Shown here in pieces: positions 12,927 to 25,700 of a stretch of DNA of 64,000 bases (position 1 is its first letter; each line of letters opens with the position of its first letter). The stretch covers positions 831,478 through 895,477 of the forward strand of contig MU008158.1 of NCBI GenBank assembly GCA_010909165.1, written 5' to 3'. A model generated the notes under the pieces. The model was not told the origin of the DNA and did no database searches. It saw only the letters and a program-made list of their open reading frames with translations. A program made the translations under genes and the position numbers. This DNA comes from Anthoceros angustus. Lineage: Eukaryota > Plantae > Anthocerotophyta.

Positions 12927-13154
12927 TATGTGGTACGGAATGCAAGCCTATTTGTGATACATGGACATATAAGACATCAATTGAGAACCAACTGTACTTG
13001 GCACTTTGTAATTTACATTGGACAGCTCATGTCTTTGACCGCTTACAAAAGCTTGAACACTATAATTGCTGCAAGAGAAATTACGAGACATATCACAGCA
13101 AGACTCTTTGCTGGAAGTGAAACCAACACAATAGTTACAACCATAGACAGAGAA

Positions 13155-13302
13155 CAACAAACGACAAGAGGCACAACAATTGACAAAGGCTTGTTCACAT
13201 GTAACAACAAACGACAAGAGGCACAACAATTGACAAAGGCTTGTTCACATGTAACAACAAGCGACAAGAGGCACAACAATTGACAAAGGCTTGTTCACAT
13301 GT
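13155..13302. repeat. 50-bp tandem repeat x3 inside the MULE
   Basis: caacaa(a/g)cgacaagaggcacaacaattgacaaaggcttgttcacatgt x3. Confidence 0.92.
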
Positions 13303-13940
13303 TTGCTCACAAGGTCTTCACAGGCTCTGCACTCATTTGTGTCCGCATGAAAAGCTGAAATTGTTTGCACTAGAGGTGTTTGTGCAGCTGTGTAGAACTG
13401 TGGCAAATTATTGGCTCTGTTGTCCATCACACCAAGGTCAGGAAACAATTCCTGAACGTAGACTGCATCAGCCCTTAGAATGATGATGCTGGAAGGGTGT
13501 CGACTTGACACCTTTTTGATGGAGAAGAGGCATAGGAAACTCTTGTGCAGCAGCCGGTCCAAGACTTCTGTACCTTCTCCTCGTAATTCCTTCAAGCTAA
13601 ACCCTTCAGGCGTGAGCCTAACAAAATCTCTACCAGCAGTGAATGCCGTCGCACATGCCTCACAACTGGAATCAGCAAGGAGAAGTCGAAGACGGTATTG
13701 CATTTGCCCATTCACAACAGCCTTACATTTTTTACACTACCTTCTCGGCGAGATACCAGTGAAACATTTCACGCAACCTCTATAGACATGTGAGCCTCTA
13801 TTGTAATCGTGTACAGTGATGCGCAGAGGCACAAAGCTGAGCTGGGTAGGCTCGTCCTCCTCCAACTGAGCGACCACCGTGTTCAAGTCGAGCTTCATTC
13901 TGCAAGTTCGGTCACGCAGTCGGTCACGGAGCAGCCTCAT
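13245..13940 (-). pseudogene. RPA70 C-terminal-like OB-fold / C4 zinc-ribbon protein carried by the MULE (one in-frame TAG at 13737-13739)
   Basis: Single frame reads VYRGCVKC..R*CKKC..QYRLRLLLADSSCEACATAF, matching the RPA1 DBD-C pattern Y-x-x-C..C..CxxC..Y..L..D....T.F. Confidence 0.72.
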
Positions 13941-13942
13941 GT

Positions 13943-14214
13943 TGGGATAGGGCAATTTCAGAGTTTGCACTTCTTCAAGGTTCAGAAATACGTAGACATA
14001 TGGGTACAATACAGAGTACATACAGTATAACTATATCATACGTTATATTAGGGTTAGTGAAGCGGCGACGGGCGCGCGAAATACCATCGCGCCGAACAGG
14101 AGAGTGGATGAGAGCGATGGCATGACCGCTGCGATGTGACATGCTCACCATGGTGAGTTGGCGCTTTGGTTTCCGTGCTCGGATTAAGAGCACATTGACC
14201 ATTTAGCGCCTGGG
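13943..14214 (-). repeat. MULE right TIR
   Basis: Inverted copy of the left TIR. Confidence 0.92.
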
Positions 14215-14505
14215 TGTATCTAGGTATTTGGTTCTTGACGCTCTATTTTGATAAACAATAGCTTAGTCGACTTTTCTTATTGTGTGCGTGTACATCAATG
14301 GCCGCTAGCCAGGAATGGTTCTACAATCTCGGGACAAAGGAAGCAACCGCTGAAACGGTCGAAAAAGGATTTTCAGATTGTTTTGCAACTATACATGACT
14401 TTACCATCACCAACGTACGGTGGCAGTGAAGACATCCGGTGCTACGTCAATCGACGACCAATAACCTTTCAGTTCAACGCTGCTAACAATCCCAGGCTAA
14501 GCTGC

Positions 14506-17500
14506 TTATTGAGCGATACAGTCGACTTTTGCTTCAATTTCTTCAGCAACCATAGCTTCTCGTGTCCTTCTTCTGCGGTGCTTAACTTCGAGATGAATGA
14601 GCAATGCTGCCACATCTGCCGGATTCACCCCACCAACCCGCGAGGCTTGTCCTATGGTTTGAGGCCGAATCTGCGAAAAAGGACAACCGTCACAAGAAAA
14701 CCAGACATAGTAGTGCCTAAGGTCTAACGGCAACACTGCGGTGTTCGGGGGATGGAACCGAACCTTAGAGAGTTTTTCCCTTGCTTCCATGGATAGTGTT
14801 TGTATTGCTAGGTAGTCCAGCTCCTGTGGTATTGGCTTATTGTGCTTATGCTCCATCTGCAATTGTCCCAAACCCACTCAGAGGAACAGCAGATGACCGA
14901 GCTGGGAACAACCACTCCAAACATACCCGCTTACATTCACATACAATCACAAGGGTGAAACTTGATCAACTATTACAGACAGCAGTAGCACCTGTTCAAG
15001 TTGGAACTGTTGACGTGTTATAAAGCCTTCATACTTGATCTCAATTTCCACACGTTCCTTCTCAGCAGTTGAGAGATCAGAACTTCCAAGACCATTTTGG
15101 TCAAGAATGTCATAGTGAATATGAGGCCTCTTCAAAATCGCTGATAACGGTACTAAGTCCTTCAAACTCTGTCCAGAAATTTGAGCTACTACTTCAGCAG
15201 CGGAGTGTGCATCTAGGATGAACAGGACCTGTTAGAAGAAAGAAACACAGACAGCTCTACTTTCCACCGAATTGAAGTCAAAGACTAGTACTACCAGATA
15301 TCCTTGTCGATTGCAGACGTTGCTTCTCTGATTCCATTCGACATTGTCTGTTCTGGAAGAGCTCCCACATCCGGTTGTCAATAAGACCAAGCTCTCTACC
15401 CAGAGGTGTCAGTCTGGTATCTGCGTTGTCCGATCGAAGCAGCAGGCGATGCTCTGAGCGGCTGAACAGAATGCAAAAACAATTAGAACTCCAGATATTC
15501 TAGATCAGCATGACTTCTATCTCTAGACCACTACACTATCCACCAGGATGCGGATGCCATCCAACATGACTTAAGCCACCACAACAGGGCACCTGGTCAG
15601 CATTCGATAAGGCTCACGCAGGTCCTTTGTCACAAGGTCATCAATCAGGGTGCCAATGAAGCTATTTTCTCTCCCCAAAGTGACAAGAGGTTTGCCACCA
15701 GCAAATTGAAAAGCATTTATGCCTGCCAGTAGTCCCTGCAACATCAAAGAGCCATCCAGTTCACAGGGACATAGAGCACAACACTGTCTCAGTCTCCTCT
15801 ATATGATCCTAACACATCTGATCCTGACAAGTTGCAAAGCAGATATACCTGGGCAGCAGCTTCTTCGTAGCCCGTGGTGCCATTGATTTGACCACTGAAG
15901 AATAGTCCTTCAAGCTTTTTGGTCATGAGGGTGTTGTAGCATTGATGGGCAGGCAAATAGTCATACTCCACAGCATAAGCGGGCCTCAGCATTGAGCACT
16001 GTTCCAATCCAGGTAGGGTTCTCAACAATGCAAGCTGTAAATTCTCCGGTAATCCAGTTGAGAAGCCCTGATTGATGTCCATATACTCAGCGTCACAGCA
16101 GAACAGGTTTTGCCCTAACATCCTGACCCAAGTAGAAAATCACAAATGTGTTTGTGCATTACCTGCACATACAGTTCTGGAACAGTGCGTCCTTCAGGCT
16201 CTAAAAAGATTTGATGGGACTCCTTGTCCTTGAACCTAACGATCTAGAGAAAGAACGCTCAATGAGCTCACTCGCTGGTGGTATTTGCACTAATCACTCT
16301 CTGTGCGAGAAAGCTCTTCTCCTATTGCATTTCCAAAAAAACTCACCTTGTCTTCAATTGAAGGGCAGTACCTTGGTCCCTTTGCATCAACCCAACCACC
16401 ATAAGTGGGAGTTTCATGCAAATTTTCAATTATTAATTGATGAGTAGCCGCAGTTGTTCGTGTCAGATAACAGGACATCTGCTCCCTTTCTATATGCACT
16501 TCGGGATCCACACTGAACCATCGGACCTGAATGCACCCGTCAACAGCCTTATCAAAGATTGCTAAGAAAATCTGCACACTACATACAGGAACCTTCTTAT
16601 GGCGACCACGATAGAAACACTTTGCACATCTGCCACCACCAACAAAACTGACATCAACCACACACCTCTTCGTCACCAGGTTGTGGCTCCAACTTGCTAT
16701 AATCCACTGAACGAACATCCACTCGTGCCGGTGTGCCAGTCTTCAGTCTGTCTGTCTCAAACCCAAGCATGTGCAGGTTCTCTGTCAACCCTGTCGAAGC
16801 TGACTCTCCTGCCCGTCCCGCTGCCATGCTGGATCGGCCAACCCAAATCTTTCCATTCATGAAGGTTCCAGTCGTTAGAACGACTGCTGGTGCATAAAAA
16901 TTCATCCCAAACAGAGTTCGAACACCCTCCACGTTGTCGTTCTTCCCAACAATGATATCCGTCACCATGGCTTCTCTAATAAACAGATTCTCAGTGCTGC
17001 AGAACACAAGCCAGGCAGATCAGCGCATGTATTGGAATCCAGAATAAATTGTTTGCTAGGAAGAGGCGAGGGCATCATGAAGAACACCAGCATGTGACTT
17101 CAAGCACCATCGTAAAACTATCAGTAAACAAGACAGATTTCTTACTTCTCTACAACCTTTTTCATTTCGATTGCGTATTCTCGTTTATCTGTCTGTGCTC
17201 GTAATGCCCAGACTGCAGGGCCCCTAGAACGGTTCAACACTCTCTTCTGCAAATAGCATCTGCATAGTGACAAGTTTTCTCATTACTGCTCGCAAAAACA
17301 CGTTCCTGTGTCGAAAGTACTCTGGCAGCAGTAGATGTACCAAATACATGACAGGTTCGAAATTCCGAACCTGTCTGCCATCCTTCCAATCTCCCCTCCC
17401 AACGCATCCACCTCATGAACCAACTGCGATTTTGCTGGGCCCCCGACAGCGGGATTGCATGGCTGTAACCACGGTAACACTGTAGCTTAGAAACCTGTCG

Positions 17501-18261
17501 AGCAAACGTCACACCTGTGATATCTAGTCCATTCACCCAAACCATTGCTGCGACCAGTTCACATTCAATCACAGACATTACATGCTTCAAATCATAACCA
17601 CAACTAACCTGCCAAGCAATTCGATCAAGGTTCAGAGTAAGGAGCAGGGTTCTGGCACCCATACGTGCAGCTGCTAGAGCAGCTTCACACCCAGCGTGTC
17701 CTCCCCCAACCACCAAAACATCATATCTTTCTTCCATTCCACCTGAACGATCAAAAACACATTCACGTCACTTCCATCGCCGTCGGGCTTTTCTACTCCC
17801 ATTCTATAGCGGTCAGCAAACATACACCTACAGTTTCCTGGCTTAAAAGATTGTGAGCTCGAGGTGAAAGCTCTGGTTGTAGCTCGCAGAGGTCGATCTG
17901 CCGGCACTGCTCCACACCATTTCCCATTCCAATGTACAAAAGGTAGCCTGCTGGCCCCCGAGAGGGCCCTCCTACTCTGGCATGAACAGCACTGCTCCAA
18001 CCTTTGCCTCAACCGAGACATGCGCCAGCCTGGGGACAGACTCGGTGACGCCAGAGGTGCTCGGAATACAAATCCTGAAGGGCCGCAAGATAAATGTCGG
18101 CGAAATCCAGGAGCGGACAGGCACGTTCCAAATGGGCCGTCCACCATGACCCAAGAGGCTGCGAATGAAGCACGGGACTGCAGGAGATAGCATCGTGCAG
18201 CTGTTCGGTGCAGAGGAGCTGCGGAGTGCTGCAGGGCAACTCCTCCGCAGGTGCCTGCCAT
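14506..18261 (-). CDS. mnmG: tRNA U34 5-carboxymethylaminomethyl modification enzyme MnmG/GidA, organellar, multi-exon
   Basis: Exons [93 protein letters not shown]. Ser/Arg-rich transit-like first exon; GT-AG introns ~100 bp. Confidence 0.96.
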
Positions 18262-19551
18262 GCCAGCAGCGGCTCCAGGAGCTGAGCTGCGTGCACACCG
18301 GGGAGATTCGGGTCTTAACCGCGCGGCAGGGTCGCACGGTCTGTTCCGAGCCCCATCACCACGGCCACGGCCATATCAGCACATGTTAGATGCTACAGAT
18401 CTGTATATGTTTACGTACATATATATCTTCTCCACACCAGACCCAGGTGTTGCATTTATCCTATAACTCCTATTACCATGTGCAAACTTTCACGTTCTGG
18501 ATGGACTGGAGCTTTGAAGTCTTCCTTTGAACGGGTAGGTTTATAGCCTTCCTATGGGCTTCTCACCTTGGGCCCTATCTTTATAAGGGCCTTTTGGCAT
18601 GAGGAAGAACCGTGGGCCACAAAACTTTATCTGGCTCGGGTTGAGATATTTGGATGCATTTAGTAGACATCGAGCTAGATGGATCAAATATCGGTTCGCC
18701 ATCATTGTAACGGGAATAGCAAGTAAAGCTTGGGTATGCTTTTCATTTCGGTGCTAGCCCGTGCATGTGCCGCAACCAATACACATCCATGGTTAGCGCG
18801 ATGGACATAATTTTGCCAATGTTGGTGTCTGTTATTGTTGCTGAATCCACTATGCTTGCACATCCCACCAACTTCCAAGAATGGCAGATTTTTAATATTT
18901 TGCATCAGCATCAGTAACCCAGGAAAGAGATGCCACAAACATGGAATTGTAAGCATCCATTCTTGGATTGAATGCTTGTCTAGCGATTCTTGCTCTTGTG
19001 GATACAATCCTTGTGGACTGGTGGTATGGATTGAAGTATAGTATAGTGAATATTACATCAAGCTACGTGTGAAAGCGAGTTTTGTGTAGAACGAAAAAAA
19101 CGTTGTGTAGCAAAACGAGAGCACAGCAATGATGGAGGCCACACAAATCACAGGCAGGTCAAACGAGAAGAAGCTTGTGACCGGCTAAGGGCGTTTTTAC
19201 ATTAAACCGCTGGTTTGTAAGTGGTCTACAGGTATTGGGCAGACACATGTTGTTGGTTTTACACCCATAATCAGTAGTAGAACGTGGATCATATGTGGCA
19301 TTTATGTGGCAGTGGCAAGCATGTCCGTGGTAAGCATGTTAGTACTTCACCTACCTCTTGAGGCTGGTGAAGCCTAACAATTTCGACATATCTCACCAAT
19401 AAAATCATGCCATCGCAGCTGTAATATTAGTCGTGACCATACTCTCTTTAATTAAAACAAGGCGCAGCAAGTGGGGTGTAGCAGTTATGTGAGGAGGTTC
19501 AATTTTGGTTGCAGGGCAGGTCTGGCATGGAGTAGAATCGCGGGAAGTGAG

Positions 19552-19643
19552 TGAAGCCGAGTGCGCGGGCATCATATGAAGCTGAGTGCGTGGCCATCAG
19601 GTATGAAGTGGAGTGCATGGCCATCAGGTGAAGCCGAGTGCGC
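19552..19643. repeat. ~26-bp minisatellite x4
   Basis: tgaag(c/t)(c/t/g)gagtgc.(t/c/g)ggccatcagg units. Confidence 0.75.
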
Positions 19644-19845
19644 AGCAAGCAGGTCGAGCATAGTGCATGCAATGGGAGATGGGGGTTGTTTGTTCAAGCC
19701 GAATGTGCAAGTGACTTACTTTGGGTTTTAGTGGTTGATGTTCATGCAATAGTAGAGCAAGGGGAGAGTGTAGATGCCTCGGCGCATAGAGTGAATTATT
19801 GGTGGTAGGCAATACGCAAGTTTAAACCACCCACCTCTGCCATTT

Positions 19846-19975
19846 CACTTGTTGCTGATGTTTATGGTTGTCACCACCTCACCTGTCGCTGATGCTTTTG
19901 CTTGTCGGCTTCTCACCTATTGCTGATGTTTTTGCTTGTCGGTGCGTCACCAATTGCTGATGTTTTTGCTTGTCG
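19846..19975. repeat. ~34-bp minisatellite x4
   Basis: cac...t(t/c)gctgatg(t/c)ttt(t/a)g(c/g)ttgtc units. Confidence 0.8.
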
Positions 19976-20319
19976 CATAGGAGCAGGGGCCAGTTGACCA
20001 AGCACAAGGATCCTTTCAGACGACCGCCCTCTGGAAACTTTATGAGCTACCTAACCACTCCTCTGCTTGGGCATATTGTGTAGCCACAACCACCTCTACC
20101 ACTTTCCCATCCTAAGGAAGTAGCTAAATGCGAGCTTGGTGAAAAGTTTCCAGCAAGTTCTCAATTACCTCCTTTCCCAATTTCTAGATAGATGCCTGCT
20201 ACAATCCTTGTAGGTCCAGGTACTAGCGCTTCAACTTAGTACCCATAAGTGTTCAACAACCCCTTTATAATAGACTTAAAACCTCTTTCTGTGCCCTCTA
20301 TATAATTAATCCTTTTAAT

Positions 20320-20527
20320 GGCTTAGGCCAAATGGACACACATTTATAAGAACGCCGTAATTAAGCATCCTGAGCTTAGATCGGTACTTAGATGGGGTGC
20401 CTAAAGGGAGTGGATGCCCTTGGTGCAAGTAGCTTAGGCACACCATGGTACAAGTTGTTAAGTACCAAGTCCCATGACGGAAATCCGTGCTTAGTGGACT
20501 TAAATAAAATTCTTCTTCTTGTTCTTC
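20320..20527 (+). mobile_element. Short interspersed repeat with AATAAA + (TTC)n tail (SINE or LINE 3' end), copy 1
   Basis: Nearly identical to the reverse complement of 61478-61650; partial copy at 51781-51904. Confidence 0.65.
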
Positions 20528-20599
20528 TAGCAGAACTACGAAAAAATCCAAAACTTCCAAAGCTAGCCCAAGCAGTTGTACATAAGCAGAAGATGCCGG

Positions 20600-20940
20600 A
20601 ACCAAGGAATCAAAGGGAGGGAGAAAGACCTGATTGTGGTCAAAGGGACAATGGATGCTGAATTTGACAAAGACCCGAAAATAAGATATTTGGTTGTAGT
20701 TATGATCTAATCAGTTGTGTATCACCGTTGCTGATGCATGTGTACTTGTGTGTAAGTTCGACCAGGTGTGGATATCTGGAATAAGGTGGCCATGGTTTGT
20801 GCAGCCTTTGACTAGTCTTTTGAGGCTTGTCGTCAGAAATGGAAATCAATCTTCAATGACTACAAGACTAACAAGGCATGAAATTCTATTTTAGGAAGTG
20901 GCCGGTCTGGTATGACCTAGTTTGATCAATTCATGCAGTA
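20600..20940 (+). pseudogene. Myb/SANT-like (trihelix or Harbinger-ORF1-type) domain remnant
   Basis: EKDLIVVKGTMDAEF..., then DIWNKVAMVCAAFD*SFEACRQKWKSIFNDYK..*NSILGSGRS. Confidence 0.6.
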
Positions 20941-22766
20941 CAACGGCATATGGTGTGTGAGGCTCATGCTGACTCACATCAAGGCTCCATAATTAGGGGA
21001 CTAGACACTAGAATCTAATGTTCACACATCAGAGAAGATGTTTCAAAGTAGTCAGGCTGTGACTGTTGAAACATTTTTGATGTTATGCAATGTTTTGATA
21101 CAAACAAAAATAACAACATCATACCTTGTGCACCTTCTCCACAAGGGCATTGCAAAAAGCATGCACATACATACCAACTCTTGATACCTTACATCCAAAG
21201 AGATCACCAATGCTCCATAGCCAAAGAGATCACCAACTGTCTACAACTTATCTCGGGGGGTTAGCGATACAATGGCATGACCACCTTAAGTTCAACGGGA
21301 ACAACTTTCTGCAATTGGGCAAGGGAGCGGAGAGGGGTGAGGTGGCCTTTTAAATTCTTCATTTCTAGGAACCCCTTGTCAGACGTACATAGGGCTCACC
21401 GGCGATCAATGCTAATCTACAATGGTGCGAGCCACCTGCCAAGGAAGGCCGCACTGGTCGGGTCACCGACGGTCGGTGTGTGGCCCTATACCATAATCCC
21501 GACTCGGTGCTCTCCAGCTACACTGAGTAAAACACCGGGCTCCTTAGGGCGAGGAGCCCAGCCCCGTATACCAAGTTTAGGTCTACCTCCGCTTCTTGAT
21601 TTGTCGCAGAGTAATGCCCGGGGCCGGGCCCGGACTCACGCGAAACCAACCTAACTTGCTCTCATTTTTCGGTCCGTTCGGCAAACGCCCTTGCATGCGG
21701 CAACTCTTTTTGGATCAAGCAAAGAACCCGCATATTATCGAAACCCTCATTGACAACGTCCAATAATCCTTAAACTTTGGCCCTTACATATTAAGTTTCG
21801 CTGCGGGTGCTCGCTTACCACCTACGTAGAATGTTGGTGATTCCAATGATTGCTTCTCACTGTGTAACCATTTTCCAGAATGAGATCGCAAGGTTTAATG
21901 TTTAGACTTAAATTCATGGACATTACCTACTATTCCCCAGTTTACCATTTAACAGGCTAATTTCTACAATAGCTAATCGTTTCAATTGGCAGACCTGATA
22001 AAGCCTAGCAGATCCAAAGACCAAGACCCAGACCGCCCAGTGCAGGACTCAAGTCAAGACATAGGCAGTTTGAACAATAAGCAATAGCCGGTTCCCGTCA
22101 TTCAAAGGTTTACCCAGATTGCAAATTCTGAATACCGTTGCACCAAGCTCTTGAACGGAGATCATACTGGGAAACATTGAAGGCAATAAGGTGCACACGG
22201 TAGGATGTGTACAATACTTCTTCCCCGAAACCGTCAACTGTCCTGATCATCTGTGAGTCTTGCAAACTACATGTAATTCCAGATACGTAGCATCTGCACC
22301 TAGAGTTAAAAAAATACAACTTGACCTGAAGCGCCCAAAACTTGCCGGGAATTACACCACCACCCCGGGACAAGTTATTTAAATGCCTGTACCATGATAA
22401 CGCTTTCTCCATGCCTGCGCTGGAGCCCAAAATGTACCTCTCCATCTACAAAAGGCACTGCAATGAAGAACTACACCACAGACAGGACACCCCACAGCTT
22501 CACATTCTCCAGCTGGCAAAGTTGCAGACGCCTAGAAAAAGACCAAATCAGTAGGATGCAGGGGTACTGGGGTACTACTTGGTGACTTCCATCAAGCGTA
22601 CAAGCCTGGGTCACCAACTCAAGCCTGTCTACTGATCTGGTTAGGAGAGATCACTAGTTTAGTTTTCCACGCAGTCAGTGGCGCATCATAGTCCAAAGTT
22701 TGTCTAGGTTGTGCCCTGACATGCTGACCAGCACCTGAATGCAACGTGCACAGAAGAAGCAGCACA

Positions 22767-25700
22767 CTACGAAACTGTTCGCCCGTAACTGACAGCTGCA
22801 ATATAGAGATTCTTGGACCACTTCTCCTAAACACAAATTGTAAACAAGTCAGCTACATAGCAGAAGCCCAATGAAAACTCATGAAACCGTGTCTCCTATC
22901 ACTCACCTTCACATGCGTGCTGGGGAATGCTGAAGTACGTAGCGTTTCCTGTGTCTCATCTGCAGGCTTCCTCCGAGGAACACTCAGCACAAAAGCAGCT
23001 TGGTCCCAGGTCGCAGCAGTGGACGTGATACGATAGCCATTGTCCCACCGTCTGTGAATACCTTCACTTGGATACAGAAAGTCAAGCTCCACAACCTGAA
23101 TGTAACACATCATGCACTGTCAGAGGAACATAGAAAATTGAACAAAAAGTTTGTGGAGAGAATGAATCAAGAAGGCCAACCTGATCTGAGAAGCCTGCAT
23201 TCCGTGACATGACAACTCCCCATCGACTGCCAGCAGTTGCCATAGATGTCACATAGAAACCCTCTCTCCATTTCTTGTTTATCCACTTGAACGGGAATGA
23301 ATCACTAACTTTGTACGACTGCTGAGTGTATGACGTCCCTGAACGGATGACACACGACATATAAGAAAAACCAAACCCTACCTACATACAGCTCAGCAGA
23401 CTATGTAGGACTTGGACAACAATCGACACACACCTTTGGACATCACAACCAGTGAGCTCCCATTCGTTGCTCCTGCAATGGCACTGATATAAAAGTTTTT
23501 CTCCCATTGCTCCATTATCCACTCCTGAAATTGCTGAAAATGTTAATGACACAGACAGCAGGGCACGAAGCGACTAGTATCAGCTTCAGTGTAAACACAC
23601 CAACCTTGTGTAAAAAAACATGAGACAGTTCATATACTTGTGCCGTGAATCCCGTTCCAGCATCCATGATCAATGCCCAAAGATTTGTACAAGAGGCCAC
23701 ACTGCTTATGTACAGTCCATCTTCATTGCCTTTCTCGACATGCTGAGTCAATCTGGAGTCCGCAACATTATAGTGATACCTGCAGTCATTTCCATAGTTT
23801 AGATTTCGGTTTGGGATAAGATTTCACGACATTCTAGTACCAGGTCAAGATCTCATTAGACAGCTCTCAGGGAGTTCTCAGCATCACCTTTGTTTCATTG
23901 GTCGGCGAGCATTGTACACTGTGATCCATTGAGTAGCAGGCATTCCCAGTCGTATTTTTTTCTTTGGCTGATCATCTTCTTCTTCATCAGCTGGGAATCT
24001 GCCTCGCTTTTGGCCAACCTGCAAACAGATAGCTCTTGACTAGTAAGAAACCTGAAACAAAAAATGTTGATCTGCATGGGCATTGTTGACTTTGAATACA
24101 TCCTCCCAAGGAAGTACAACAAGACATAATCCCTCTCGAAGGAACTACACACCCAAAGGTGATCAATCCGAGAGGGACACTCACCTTCTGAGCTCCGTCT
24201 GTGTTGATGGGTCTGACTGCTGGGTTTGGACCCAGGATACTATCGAACAGACTTATGAGCTTTCCATAATTAGGTTCTTCGTCGAACTTCATGTTCACTA
24301 CAACTTCGAGAAACTGCTTGAAAGGAATGGGACAGAAGCAACATAACATCTCAGGAGAGGTGGCCATCTTCTTCTTGCAAACTAGAAAGCCCTTGTTCTC
24401 GCCCTGAAACCACAGACCACCACTGCTTAAGATACAACCTTGAAGAGAGGAAACTCGGTGAACAAAAGTTTTGAAAGTGAAAACTACACAGTATAACCTG
24501 GAAGGGAAAAACTGAAATTTTCACCTGATATCCTTGCCATGGAAGGCGCCCTCGGAGTAAAAACACCAATGTGTATGCAAGAGATTCCAAATCATCTCTC
24601 CTGCTGCCTGTTCGACCTAAATGTGCATGGACACTTGCATATCGCACAGTTCCCCTGAAGTAAAAAGGGCATGGCATGCCCCATGGTCAGGTCGTTCCAA
24701 AGAGAAGAAAGGACCCATATGGAAGGGCGTCCAAAGAGGAACTAGGAATACAAGGAAGATGCACACATACCTGAACACATCAGGCCTCTGGTCATAGTCT
24801 ACATGCTGGTGGGTGGTTCCATCCCTCCACCTTGTTGCTGGAACAACAAACCACAATGTGAGCTTTCAGGCATTGACACAAAGGCCAAAGCAAACAAACG
24901 CAAGGAAAAAGATGCTGAGAAGACACGCACCTAAACCCAGATCTACGAGAAACAATTTCTTTTCGTCAACCGTTCCTGGCTGACCAAGTAGAAAATTCTC
25001 TGGCTTCACGTCACCATGCACGTAGCTGCAAACAGCACGCACAGAACCAATCATTACACCAACCAACGATAAACAAGATTGCCAGAAACACAGCAGCACT
25101 GTCAACTTAAAAGAAACAAGTACAAGAACATACCCTTTTGAGTGCATTTTCTCAAGGATTGATATGGACTCGACTGCAATACATGCAACCATCTCAGTTG
25201 ACATCCTGCAGACACAACACGGGTTGAAAACATCAGACATGAACCGCGTTAACAGAAACTGCCGAGGCATGAACCGCTTTGACAGGAACAACATTGCAGT
25301 AAAAACGTGCACTTACGATTGCCCAGACGAGTTCCAGACATCCCACAGGCTTGGTCCCAGCATGTCCATGACCTGAAATGCGGAGAAGAGAGACGTTGTC
25401 AAATCAAGACTCTCTTGGTGAAGAGAGATAACCAAGATATCACAATTCCAACCTAGAACTCCATCATGTGCAATTCCCGCATACCATGACATAGTAGTCC
25501 CCCTGCCTGCCTTTGAAGTGAACACGGGGAACGCCATGACTCCCACCTAGAGTACTGCCAGACATTAAGAAGAATACGGTCAGCACCCAATGAGCCCTCG
25601 ATTCAGTGGACGGGAACACATACAACGAGACAGCATGTAGCATACGTACGTGTAAACCTGCCACTCATACGGCGGGCCATAATTACAGCCTTTGCTGCTA

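Larger units (their letters stand above)
10182..14214. mobile_element. Mutator-like element (MULE) with two convergent genes
   Basis: Perfect 9-bp TSD TGTATCTAG (10173-10181 and 14215-14223), ~280-bp TIRs, MULE DDE plus SWIM transposase. Confidence 0.95.

Noticed and set aside
13155-13302. Possible CRISPR repeat
   Set aside because: Head-to-tail units with no spacers.
14506-18261. Recent bacterial HGT of gidA
   Set aside because: Many spliceosomal introns and a transit-like N-terminus; a standard plant organellar gene.
18555-18620. Three TGGGCY site-II-like motifs upstream of MnmG
   Set aside because: Plausible promoter elements but too short to support without TSS data.
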